The notes beneath the pieces are model-generated. The model saw nothing but the letters and a program-made list of their open reading frames with translations, had not been told where the DNA came from and did not search any database. 39,014 bases of DNA. Origin: a virus (lineage: Duplodnaviria > Caudoviricetes). Numbering within the stretch: position 1 is the stretch's first letter; every line of letters begins with the position of its first letter. The DNA lies in IMG/VR virus record IMGVR_UViG_3300005805_000202, positions 1-39,014 of that record; one strand, 5' to 3'. Below are positions 1-8,093 of the stretch, one piece after another. Both the position numbers and the translations under genes were made by a program.

Positions 1-406
1 GCAAGATCAAGGTATTACTGACAGAAACGCCCTCGCTACCATCATGGGTAACATTAAGCAAGAATCTATGTTCGTGCCTAATATCTGTGAAGGTGGTGCA
101 AGGACCAGTTATAATGGCTGCGGCCGCGGCTATGGACTGATCCAATGGACATCTGCCAACCGTTATTATGGATTGGGTGATTTCGCTAAGAGGTATGGTG
201 GTTCTCCATCATCACTTCAAACGCAACTTCGTTATCTTACGAATGAAGTTCAATGGCAACGTATCGAAAACCTAATGAAAACTCCTGGTAAGTCGATCAA
301 CCGTTACATGAACTATGCGTATAGTTGGATTGGTTGGGGGCATCATGGTGCCCGTACACACTATGCCCATGATTATGCCAACCGACTGATCACGGTAGAA
401 GTTTGA
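1..406 (+). CDS. Phage tail lysozyme-like (lysozyme2-type) muramidase domain protein, 5'-truncated
   Basis: Frame is open from base 2 (QDQGITDRNALATIMGNIKQES). It carries the GNIxQES and GYGLIQWT motifs typical of this family. Confidence 0.75.
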   Translation, partial: QDQGITDRNALATIMGNIKQESMFVPNICEGGARTSYNGCGRGYGLIQWTSANRYYGLGDFAKRYGGSPSSLQTQLRYLTNEVQWQRIENLMKTPGKSINRYMNYAYSWIGWGHHGARTHYAHDYANRLITVEV

Positions 407-420
407 TACAATAGAATAAT

Positions 421-441
421 GGGGGCTATGCCCCCTACTTT
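421..441 (+). terminator. Probable terminator hairpin
   Basis: GGGGGC-TAT-GCCCCC followed by a weak T-tract (TACTTT) after the lysozyme stop. Confidence 0.45.
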
Positions 442-453
442 CATTATGGAGAT

Positions 454-840
454 GTGACCTTGGAATTAAAGGATTGGTTAAATTCTATTAACCAGAACAA
501 GAATGATCTGGTAGAGGAAGATCCCTCACTGGAAAAAGAATACCCTCCGTTCATCATTAACAAATGCATGTCTGGGCACCTTGATACTGTCCTCTATGCA
601 AATGAGATGAACATGTCTCACTTCTTAGACAAAAAACTGCAATATGACTTTTATCTAAATAGTGTCAGGAAAAGGAAGAGATTTTCTCCCTGGCTCCGTA
701 AGGATAAAGTCAAGGATCTTGATGTAGTTAAATCTTACTATGGTTATAGTAATGAAAAAGCTTCACAGGCTCTTCGTATCTTGTCTCCCGAACAAATTTC
801 ATTTATTAGATCTAAACTTGAGACTGGAGGAAAACAATGA
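454..840 (+). CDS. 62: Sliding clamp loader small subunit (T4 gp62-like)
   Basis: Motifs LKDWLNSIN, YPPFIIN, ANEMN and YYGYSNEKA. Lies directly before regA, as in T4-like phages. Confidence 0.9.
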   Translation: MTLELKDWLNSINQNKNDLVEEDPSLEKEYPPFIINKCMSGHLDTVLYANEMNMSHFLDKKLQYDFYLNSVRKRKRFSPWLRKDKVKDLDVVKSYYGYSNEKASQALRILSPEQISFIRSKLETGGKQ

Positions 841-1271
841 GTATCGCGGAACCTGAGGTTCGTTGGTCTCCTGATAAAATGGTAGAAGTGACTTTGAGAG
901 AACCCGATGATTTTCTCAAGGTCCGTGAGACCTTGACCCGTATTGGAGTTGCATCCCGTAAGGAGAAAAAGCTCTATCAGTCGTGCCACATTTTGCACAA
1001 ACAAGGTAAGTATTTTATCGTTCACTTTAAGGAACTGTTTGCCCTTGATGGTAAGAAAGCCAACCTGACAGTGAATGATGTTCAACGTCGCAATCGTATT
1101 ACCCAACTTCTCTGTGACTGGGGTTTGATTGATGTTGTTAAAGAAGAGACTGTAGCTGAAGTTGCACCTTTGAACCAGATTAAAGTTCTCTCATACAAAG
1201 AGAAGAATGAGTGGGCTTTAGAAACCAAATATAATATTGGTAAGAAGAAAAAAGTAGAAGAAACTGAATAA
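837..1271 (+). CDS. regA: Translational repressor RegA
   Basis: DDFLKVRETLTRIGVAS and LYQSCHILHKQGKYFIVHFKELF signatures. Confidence 0.97.
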   Translation: MSIAEPEVRWSPDKMVEVTLREPDDFLKVRETLTRIGVASRKEKKLYQSCHILHKQGKYFIVHFKELFALDGKKANLTVNDVQRRNRITQLLCDWGLIDVVKEETVAEVAPLNQIKVLSYKEKNEWALETKYNIGKKKKVEETE

Positions 1272-1274
1272 ATA
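1267..1274 (+). promoter_or_regulatory. T4-type late promoter-like box (AATAAATA)
   Basis: 7/8 match to TATAAATA, overlapping the regA stop. Confidence 0.5.
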
Positions 1275-1278
1275 AAAC

Positions 1279-1357
1279 GTCGCTCTTTCGTGCGCGACTT
1301 CTATACATACGGAATATACGCTACTATATGGACGGTGTTTTCGCCACCGTCTTTTTT
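1279..1357 (+). ncRNA. Candidate small RNA between a late-promoter box and an intrinsic terminator
   Basis: 5' stem GTCGC/GCGAC (1279-1298), an unstructured linker, then a terminator. No convincing ORF. Confidence 0.4.
1331..1357 (+). terminator. Rho-independent terminator
   Basis: GACGGTG-7nt-CACCGTC followed by TTTTTT. Confidence 0.8.
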
Positions 1358-1375
1358 ATGAGATTACTTTAAACT

Positions 1376-2536
1376 ATGAATATTGGTATTATTGGTAAAG
1401 GAACTGCCTCAATTATAACTACTTTGGTTTTGTTGCAGCGGGGTCACAATATAACAATACTTTATGATCCTGATACGCAACCAATTAATGTTGGTGAGTC
1501 TACAACTCCACATATCCAAGAACTTCTTTATGAAGTTCTTGGATTGTCTATTGGTAATATGGTTGATAAGGGAATTTTTTCTTATAAAATGGGAATTAAT
1601 TTCGTAAATTGGGGAAAGGGAAAAAGTTTTCATCATCACTTTAATGGACCAATATCAACCGCTCATCATTTTGAAACGAAACCATTTAATGATTTTATTC
1701 ATAAACATCTAGAAGAAAATAAAATAGTAAATTATATACCAGAAAAAATAAATCATATTGTTCCAGAAGACGATACAGTAAGACTAAATGATCATACATT
1801 TGATTTTGTTGTAAATTGTGCTGGATGGAAAAATGGTGAAAATTATATAACACCATTTTTTCAAACTGTAAATTCTGCACAGTTGTTTGTTGATAATCAG
1901 GATTGTCCTTATTATGAAGACTTATATACCATGCATTTAGCAACGGAGGATGGATGGCAATTTGGATTGCCCTTCCCCAATCTAAATGTTTTTAAATGTG
2001 GTTATCTTTATGATAAAAATCAAATATCTCATGAGGATGTCACGGAGAAATTAAAAAAGTCTAATAAGAAAGTGCATTCAACATTTTCTTGGGAACCAAA
2101 ATATTCCAAGGAACTCATTGTCCACAAACGTCTTGCATTGAATGGAAACATATTATTCTTTTTTGAACCGTTACAAGCCTTAAGTTTACTTTATTTTTAT
2201 TATTCATCTATTCATATTGCAGATTACTTAGATAATTTTTGCATGGAAAAATTAGATAACTGTAATTATTCTTATAATGTTGATATGTGGGCATATCAAC
2301 TATCTCTAGCATATCATTATCAATATGGTTCAATTCATGATACTGAGTTTTGGAGAAAAGTAACAAAAGAAGCCAAACAAATTATGAGTTCATCTTTGAA
2401 TGGAAATTTAGATATTCGTAAAATGAATTGGGAACGTGATTGTAGATTTAAAGATAAAGAACAATCGTATTCTCAAATTGGATCATTTCATGTGGAAGAT
2501 CTTAAACAAATTCATTATGGTATGACAACCGAATAA
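1376..2536 (+). CDS. Flavin-dependent tryptophan halogenase (PrnA)-like protein
   Basis: N-terminal Rossmann IGKGTAS, INVGESTTP, GWQFGLP (position of the WxWxIP motif) and FFEPLQA. AT-rich relative to core genes. Confidence 0.8.
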   Translation: MNIGIIGKGTASIITTLVLLQRGHNITILYDPDTQPINVGESTTPHIQELLYEVLGLSIGNMVDKGIFSYKMGINFVNWGKGKSFHHHFNGPISTAHHFETKPFNDFIHKHLEENKIVNYIPEKINHIVPEDDTVRLNDHTFDFVVNCAGWKNGENYITPFFQTVNSAQLFVDNQDCPYYEDLYTMHLATEDGWQFGLPFPNLNVFKCGYLYDKNQISHEDVTEKLKKSNKKVHSTFSWEPKYSKELIVHKRLALNGNILFFFEPLQALSLLYFYYSSIHIADYLDNFCMEKLDNCNYSYNVDMWAYQLSLAYHYQYGSIHDTEFWRKVTKEAKQIMSSSLNGNLDIRKMNWERDCRFKDKEQSYSQIGSFHVEDLKQIHYGMTTE

Positions 2537-2543
2537 AAATGTG

Positions 2544-2567
2544 CGGGGTTCAACACCCCGTTTTTTT
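2544..2567 (+). terminator. Rho-independent terminator
   Basis: CGGGGT-TCAAC-ACCCCG followed by T7. Confidence 0.8.
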
Positions 2568-2577
2568 ATGATTGTTG

Positions 2578-2644
2578 TATAATTAATAGTGGATGCCGTA
2601 AGGGTCCACATAACACAAACTCGCTTTTTAAAGGAGCTACTATA
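2578..2644 (+). promoter_or_regulatory. hsp20 -10 box and structured 5'UTR (GNRA hairpin plus SD-sequestering ROSE-like stem)
   Basis: TATAAT at 2578-2583. Hairpin GTGGATGCC-GTAA-GGGTCCAC at 2589-2609. CTCGCTTT pairs with AAAGGAG at 2620-2636. Confidence 0.55.
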
Positions 2645-3085
2645 ATGTCTACAACAGGACTTATGCGTTATACTGCTGCGGATCTTCCTGCCCTGATGGA
2701 GAGGATCACAAGAAACAGTATTGGAATGGATGAATACTTTGATCGTCTATTCAATCTTCATGAAACTACAACAAATTATCCACCTTACAATCTTGTTCAG
2801 GTAAATAATGTTGAATCTCATCTAGAGATCGCATTGGCAGGTTTTAAGAAAGGAGAAGTCAATGTTTTCACGGAGTATGGAAAACTTTTTGTCGAAGGAC
2901 AAAAACAGGACAATGAGACTGACAGGACGTTTATCCACAAGGGAGTGGCTAGCAGAAGTTTTAAACGAGCGTGGACTCTATCCGACGACACAGAAGTCAG
3001 GGAAGTTGTATTCGAAGACGGACTTCTACGGATCGTACTTGGGAAAGTAGTACCAGAACATCACGCTCGTAAGGATTATCTCTAA
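2645..3085 (+). CDS. hsp20: Small heat shock protein (Hsp20/IbpA-like)
   Basis: NYPPYNL, LEIALAGF, HKGVASRSFKRAWTL and FEDGLLRI. Shine-Dalgarno AAGGAG. Confidence 0.95.
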   Translation: MSTTGLMRYTAADLPALMERITRNSIGMDEYFDRLFNLHETTTNYPPYNLVQVNNVESHLEIALAGFKKGEVNVFTEYGKLFVEGQKQDNETDRTFIHKGVASRSFKRAWTLSDDTEVREVVFEDGLLRIVLGKVVPEHHARKDYL

Positions 3086-3111
3086 ATACTTACACCTGCG
3101 TGCCATGCAGT

Positions 3112-3139
3112 GGGGTTGCCTTATTGGGTAACCCCTTTT
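3112..3139 (+). terminator. Rho-independent terminator
   Basis: GGGGTTGCC-6nt-GGTAACCCC followed by TTTT. Confidence 0.75.
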
Positions 3140-3156
3140 ATAATTTGGAGAAAAAG

Positions 3157-3513
3157 ATGTCTGTAAAATTATTAGTTCTTAAATCTCTTGAAGAAGTTAT
3201 TGCTGATGTAAAAGAACTTGTTCTTGAGGAAGATGGAAAAGAAAAGATCATTGGATTTCTTCTTACTGAACCAAGAAGTATTAGTTTGTCAAGATCGATG
3301 ACACTGAATGAAGAAGAAACTGATGATCGCGTCAATGTTAACTTTGTAAAGTGGCAACCATTTTCAGAAGATAATCAATTTCAAATTCCTGCTGATTGGG
3401 TAGTGACTATTTGTGAACCACTTGAAAGACTGAAAACATCATACGAGGAACAGATCAATGCAAAAGAACGTACAATGTCTATTCTTGAAGAACAAAATAG
3501 TACTGATCTCTGA
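3157..3513 (+). CDS. Conserved cyanophage hypothetical protein
   Basis: ATG 3157 follows GGAG. MSVKLLVLKSLEEVIADV...W.P...WVVTI.EP is the type of gene found between hsp20 and gp43. Confidence 0.75.
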   Translation: MSVKLLVLKSLEEVIADVKELVLEEDGKEKIIGFLLTEPRSISLSRSMTLNEEETDDRVNVNFVKWQPFSEDNQFQIPADWVVTICEPLERLKTSYEEQINAKERTMSILEEQNSTDL

Positions 3514-3736
3514 AGTCGCAGAAGTTGGTGGTGATATTGGGGAACCAGATTGTAAGCTGATTAAACCTTATGAAGTATTAACAAAACCTGGTTGCCCAAA
3601 TGAACGTGCGGAGAATAGAATTGTTCCATGGTTGGATTTTACTCCACAAGATGTTATACTGATTAGGTCGGATGACGTTCTCACTTTTGTGGAACCATCA
3701 AAAGAGCTTTTAGATCACTACTTGAAGATTACCTGA
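3458..3736 (+). CDS. Conserved cyanophage hypothetical protein
   Basis: DIGEPDCKLIKPY motif. Its stop overlaps the gp43 ATG. Confidence 0.75.
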   Translation: MQKNVQCLFLKNKIVLISEVAEVGGDIGEPDCKLIKPYEVLTKPGCPNERAENRIVPWLDFTPQDVILIRSDDVLTFVEPSKELLDHYLKIT

Positions 3737-6237
3737 TGCGATTTTATACGAACGTTCAAATGGTTGGGGACCAAATGTTGGTCCGTGGTTATGAAAATGG
3801 TAAGAGATACATGAACAGAGAGGTTTTTAATCCCACTCTGTTTGTTTCTTCCAAAAATAGAAAGAGTAAGTTCCGTACTCTTGAAGGTGAACCTGTTGAA
3901 CCTGTTCGTCCTGGAACCATCCGCGAAACCCGTGACTTCATGAAGAAGTACGATAACGTGGATGGTTTCAACATCTATGGATTTGAACGTTTCATTTATC
4001 AATATATCTCCGATCACTATCCAGAGGAACATATTGAGTTTGATATTTCAAAGATCAATCTGGTAACGATTGATATTGAGACCAAATCTGAGTATGGTTT
4101 CCCTGATGTTGAAAGTGTGAGTGAGGAGTTACTTCTCATTACTATCCAAGATTTCAACACCAAACAGATCATCACTTGGGGTGTTGGACCTTTCAATAAT
4201 AAACAAGAGAACGTTGACTATCGTCAGTTTCCTGATGAGTATTCAATGCTGAGTGCCTTTATTCAGTGGTGGATTGAACATACTCCAGATGTGGTAACTG
4301 GTTGGAACTGTGAGTTCTTTGATATTCCCTATCTTGCAGGACGCCTCAACCGTGTTCTGGGTGAGAAACTGATGCGTCGCCTTTCTCCATGGGGTCTAGT
4401 TACTCAACAGGAGATGTTTGTACAGGGTCGTAAGAACATCTGTATGGACATTGGTGGAGTGTCTGTCCTTGATTATATGCGTCTGTATCGATGGTCTCCT
4501 GGTACTCCTAATCAAGAGAGTTTTCGTCTGGACTATATTGCACAACAGGAACTGGGTCAACAGAAACTAGATCACAGTGAGTTTGATACTTTCAAGGATT
4601 TCTACACAAACGGTTGGCAGAAGTTTGTAGAGTACAACATCATTGACGTGGAACTGGTAGACAGACTTGAGGATAAACTCAAGTTGATTGAACTTGCTCT
4701 CACTATGGCTTATGATGCCAAGGTGAATTATCAAGATATTTTTTACCAAGTGCGACTTTGGGACTGCATCATTTATAACTATCTTAAGAGGAAAGATATT
4801 GTCATTCCTCCCAAAGAAAGGAGTGAGAAGGATGAAAAGTACGCGGGTGCGTATGTTAAGGAACCGATTCCTGGGCGTTATGACTGGGTGGTTAGTTTTG
4901 ACCTTAATAGCCTGTATCCCCATCTTATTATGCAGTACAACATCTCCCCTGAAACCCTCCTGGAAGAAAGACATCCCACTGCAAATGTTGAAAGGATCTT
5001 GAGTGAAGATATCAACTTCGAAATGCACAAAGACTATGCAGTCTGTGCTAATGGTGCAATGTATCGCAAAGATGGTCAGGGGTTTCTTCCTGAGTTGATG
5101 CAGAAGTATTATGATGAACGGGTCATCTTCAAGAAGAAGATGATTGAAGCCAAAAAGAAAAATGAAAAGTCCCCGTCAGTTGCACTTCAAAAAGAGATTG
5201 CACGGTGCAACAACATTCAAATGGCTAAAAAGATCTCTCTCAACTCTGCTTATGGTGCCATCGGTAATCAGTACTTTAGGTATTACAAACTTGCCAATGC
5301 GGAGGCGATTACGCTTTCTGGTCAAGTTTCTATCCGTTGGATTGAGAATAGGATGAACCAGTATCTAAATAAGATACTCAAAACCGAAGGCGTTGATTAT
5401 GTTATCGCGTCTGATACCGATTCTATCTATCTACATCTTGGTCCACTTGTTAATCATATATTCCCTAAGGGAGTATCTGATAAAGGGAAGGTCGTTGACT
5501 TTCTCAATAAAGCTTGCGAAGATCAGATTGAACCATTCATTGAAAAAAGTTATCAAACGTTGGCGACGTATGTAAATGCATACGATCAAAAGATGTTTAT
5601 GAAACGTGAGAACATCGCTGACCGTGGTATCTGGACTGCAAAGAAAAGATATATCTTGAATGTGTGGGACAGTGAAGGTGTTCGTTATGCAGAACCCAAA
5701 CTCAAGATCATGGGTATCGAAGCTGTTAAGTCATCTACACCTGCACCTTGTCGTAAGGCGATTAAAGATGCACTCAAGGTGATGATGAGTGGAACTGAAG
5801 ATCAACTGATCGACTTTATTGATGCCTTCCGTAAAGAGTTTAAAAAACTTCCCCCAGAAGAGATTTCTTTCCCTCGTTCTGTGAGTGAAGTTACAAAGTA
5901 CAAGAGTAACCAATCCATCTATGCAAAAGGAACTCCCATTCATTGTCGTGGAGCCCTTCTCTTTAATCATCATGTAAAGAGACTTAATTTGGATGGTAAA
6001 TACTCTTTGATTAAGAATGGTGAGAAGATCAAATTCTGTTATCTCCGCAGTCCAAATCCTATTCATGAGAATGTGATGTCCTTCATTCAGGACTTTCCTA
6101 GGGAACTTGGTATTGAGAAGTATGTGGACTATGACCTTCAATTTGAAAAATCATTTCTAGACCCCTTGAAGATCATCTTGGATGTGATAGGATGGGGTGT
6201 AGAAAAATCCGTAAACCTAGACCTTTTCTTCTCATGA
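3736..6237 (+). CDS. 43: Family B DNA polymerase (T4 gp43)
   Basis: Exonuclease motifs DIET and GWNCEFFDIPY. Polymerase motifs SFDLNSLYP, KISLNSAYG, SDTDS and KKRY. Uninterrupted. Confidence 0.99.
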   Translation: MRFYTNVQMVGDQMLVRGYENGKRYMNREVFNPTLFVSSKNRKSKFRTLEGEPVEPVRPGTIRETRDFMKKYDNVDGFNIYGFERFIYQYISDHYPEEHIEFDISKINLVTIDIETKSEYGFPDVESVSEELLLITIQDFNTKQIITWGVGPFNNKQENVDYRQFPDEYSMLSAFIQWWIEHTPDVVTGWNCEFFDIPYLAGRLNRVLGEKLMRRLSPWGLVTQQEMFVQGRKNICMDIGGVSVLDYMRLYRWSPGTPNQESFRLDYIAQQELGQQKLDHSEFDTFKDFYTNGWQKFVEYNIIDVELVDRLEDKLKLIELALTMAYDAKVNYQDIFYQVRLWDCIIYNYLKRKDIVIPPKERSEKDEKYAGAYVKEPIPGRYDWVVSFDLNSLYPHLIMQYNISPETLLEERHPTANVERILSEDINFEMHKDYAVCANGAMYRKDGQGFLPELMQKYYDERVIFKKKMIEAKKKNEKSPSVALQKEIARCNNIQMAKKISLNSAYGAIGNQYFRYYKLANAEAITLSGQVSIRWIENRMNQYLNKILKTEGVDYVIASDTDSIYLHLGPLVNHIFPKGVSDKGKVVDFLNKACEDQIEPFIEKSYQTLATYVNAYDQKMFMKRENIADRGIWTAKKRYILNVWDSEGVRYAEPKLKIMGIEAVKSSTPAPCRKAIKDALKVMMSGTEDQLIDFIDAFRKEFKKLPPEEISFPRSVSEVTKYKSNQSIYAKGTPIHCRGALLFNHHVKRLNLDGKYSLIKNGEKIKFCYLRSPNPIHENVMSFIQDFPRELGIEKYVDYDLQFEKSFLDPLKIILDVIGWGVEKSVNLDLFFS

Positions 6238-6419
6238 TAACACCAGACATGGAATCTAAACAGGATAAATGGAACAGAGGACTTGATCTTTTCATCGAGA
6301 GTGTTTTGAAACCAGATCAAGAACTGAGACAATGTGCTCATAACCAAAAGTGTTATAATGAACTTTTGGATATACGTGAAAACGTGTTAGAATATCTTAA
6401 GACCCTGAGGTGGTATTGA
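6234..6419 (+). CDS. Hypothetical protein (cyanophage conserved)
   Basis: ATGA overlap with the gp43 stop. WNRGLDLFIESVLKPD..LRQCAHNQ.CY. Confidence 0.75.
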   Translation: MITPDMESKQDKWNRGLDLFIESVLKPDQELRQCAHNQKCYNELLDIRENVLEYLKTLRWY

Positions 6420-6584
6420 ATGGATTTGCCTATTAATGATGAAGAACTTGGAACAATCATTAATTCGATGACGTTGGGCGGCGATACCGCCCTTTATCAA
6501 AAACTTAAACTTGTAAAGGAACTTCGAGATCAAGGACTTCCTTACAAAAAAATTCTTCGTGAACAATATGGGATGGTAGCCTGA
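6420..6584 (+). CDS. Hypothetical protein, 54 aa (not in ORF track)
   Basis: MDLPINDEELGTIINSMTLGGDTALYQKLKLVKELRDQGLPYKKILREQYGMVA. Abuts the previous stop and its TGA overlaps the uvsX ATG. Confidence 0.7.
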   Translation: MDLPINDEELGTIINSMTLGGDTALYQKLKLVKELRDQGLPYKKILREQYGMVA

Positions 6585-7642
6585 TGGATTTTCTTAAAGA
6601 CATTGTAAAAGAGATTGGAGATGAATACACCAAACTTGCCGCCGACATCGACGAAACAGAAACTTACGTTGACACTGGTTCGTACATCTTTAATGCACTG
6701 GTGTCAGGTAGTGTATTTGGCGGTGTATCTGGGAATAAGATTACTGCTATTGCTGGAGAATCTAGTACTGGAAAGACTTTCTTCTCACTCGCCGTTGTTA
6801 AGAATTTTCTTGATACCAATCCCGATGGCTATTGTCTCTATTTTGATACTGAAGCCGCTATTACCAAATCCTTGATTGAAAGCCGTGGAATTGATACTAC
6901 TCGTCTTGTGGTTGTCAACGTTGTTACTATTGAAGAGTTTCGTGGAAAGGCACTCAAAGCTGTAGATTTATACTTAAAAAAACCTGAAGGAGAACGCAAA
7001 CCTTGTATGTTTGTGTTAGACTCTTTGGGGATGCTTTCAACTGAGAAAGAAATTACTGACGCACTCAACGACAAACAAGTTCGTGACATGACCAAATCCC
7101 AACTGGTCAAGGGTGCTTTCCGTATGCTTACTCTCAAGTTGGGACAGGCTAAAATTCCAATGATCGTTACCAATCATACCTACGATGTTATCGGATCTTA
7201 TGTACCAACTAAAGAAATGGGAGGAGGCTCTGGCCTCAAATATGCGGCAAGTACAATCATCTATCTCTCAAAAAAGAAAGAAAAGGATGGAACGGAAGTG
7301 GTCGGCAATATTATCAAAGCTAAGACTGCTAAGTCGCGTTTGAGTAGAGAGAACCAAGAAGTCAATGTCCGTTTATTTTATGATGAGCGTGGTCTTGACC
7401 GTTATTATGGTCTTCTGGAACTCGGGGAACTCGCTGGATACTGGAAGAATGTCGCGGGTCGTTATGAGATCAATGGTAAAAAAGTTTATGCGAAAGAGAT
7501 CTTGAAGAACCCAGATCAATATTTCACCCCAGAAGTGATGGAGAAGTTGGATGCTGCAGCCAGAAAAGAGTTCTCGTATGGTTCAGGTGATACCGAATGT
7601 GTTGAACCTGGAGATCTGCAAGAACTTAGTACTGTCGTTTGA
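6584..7642 (+). CDS. uvsX: RecA-like recombinase UvsX
   Basis: Walker A GESSTGKT, FDTE, VLDSLG and GGGSGLKYAAS. Confidence 0.97.
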   Translation: MDFLKDIVKEIGDEYTKLAADIDETETYVDTGSYIFNALVSGSVFGGVSGNKITAIAGESSTGKTFFSLAVVKNFLDTNPDGYCLYFDTEAAITKSLIESRGIDTTRLVVVNVVTIEEFRGKALKAVDLYLKKPEGERKPCMFVLDSLGMLSTEKEITDALNDKQVRDMTKSQLVKGAFRMLTLKLGQAKIPMIVTNHTYDVIGSYVPTKEMGGGSGLKYAASTIIYLSKKKEKDGTEVVGNIIKAKTAKSRLSRENQEVNVRLFYDERGLDRYYGLLELGELAGYWKNVAGRYEINGKKVYAKEILKNPDQYFTPEVMEKLDAAARKEFSYGSGDTECVEPGDLQELSTVV

Positions 7643-8093
7643 ACAATCTGATCAAAAACAGAGGATAGATCATGACGCAAAGCCAAGGTTTACTCAGGTG
7701 AACCTTGGTCAGGATCCTTATCTGGTACAGAGAGTTAAAATCGCAGTTGATATCTACAGAGAAATTCTAGGGCCCAGATCTTGGCATCTTCCTCCATTGA
7801 AATACATGGAGGAATTTCGTGTTAAGAAGTATGATCCAGATACAAGAGATCGATTTGATGAACATGTGGATGTAGTAAATCATGCAACTGCACGTCGATA
7901 TCTTGCCCTTCTTTTTTACTTAAATGAAGTTGATGATGGAGGAGAGACAGAGTTCCCTCTTCATGGTAAGATGATTAAGCCAGAGGTTGGATCTGTTCTT
8001 ATCTTTCCTCCAACATGGGAATATCCCCATGCAGGTCGTCCTCCTGTAAGTGGACCGAAGTACATCATGAGCACGTATCTCCATTATGGATAG
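7578..8093 (+). CDS. 2OG-Fe(II) oxygenase (prolyl 4-hydroxylase-like)
   Basis: HVD...LFYLN...GGETEF...FPP...HAG...KY. Overlaps the uvsX 3' end. Confidence 0.88.
   Translation: MVQVIPNVLNLEICKNLVLSFEQSDQKQRIDHDAKPRFTQVNLGQDPYLVQRVKIAVDIYREILGPRSWHLPPLKYMEEFRVKKYDPDTRDRFDEHVDVVNHATARRYLALLFYLNEVDDGGETEFPLHGKMIKPEVGSVLIFPPTWEYPHAGRPPVSGPKYIMSTYLHYG

Noticed and set aside
6351-6359. TGTTATAAT extended -10 upstream of ORF 6420/uvsX
   Set aside because: No convincing -35 and it lies in AT-rich coding sequence. Possible but not supportable.
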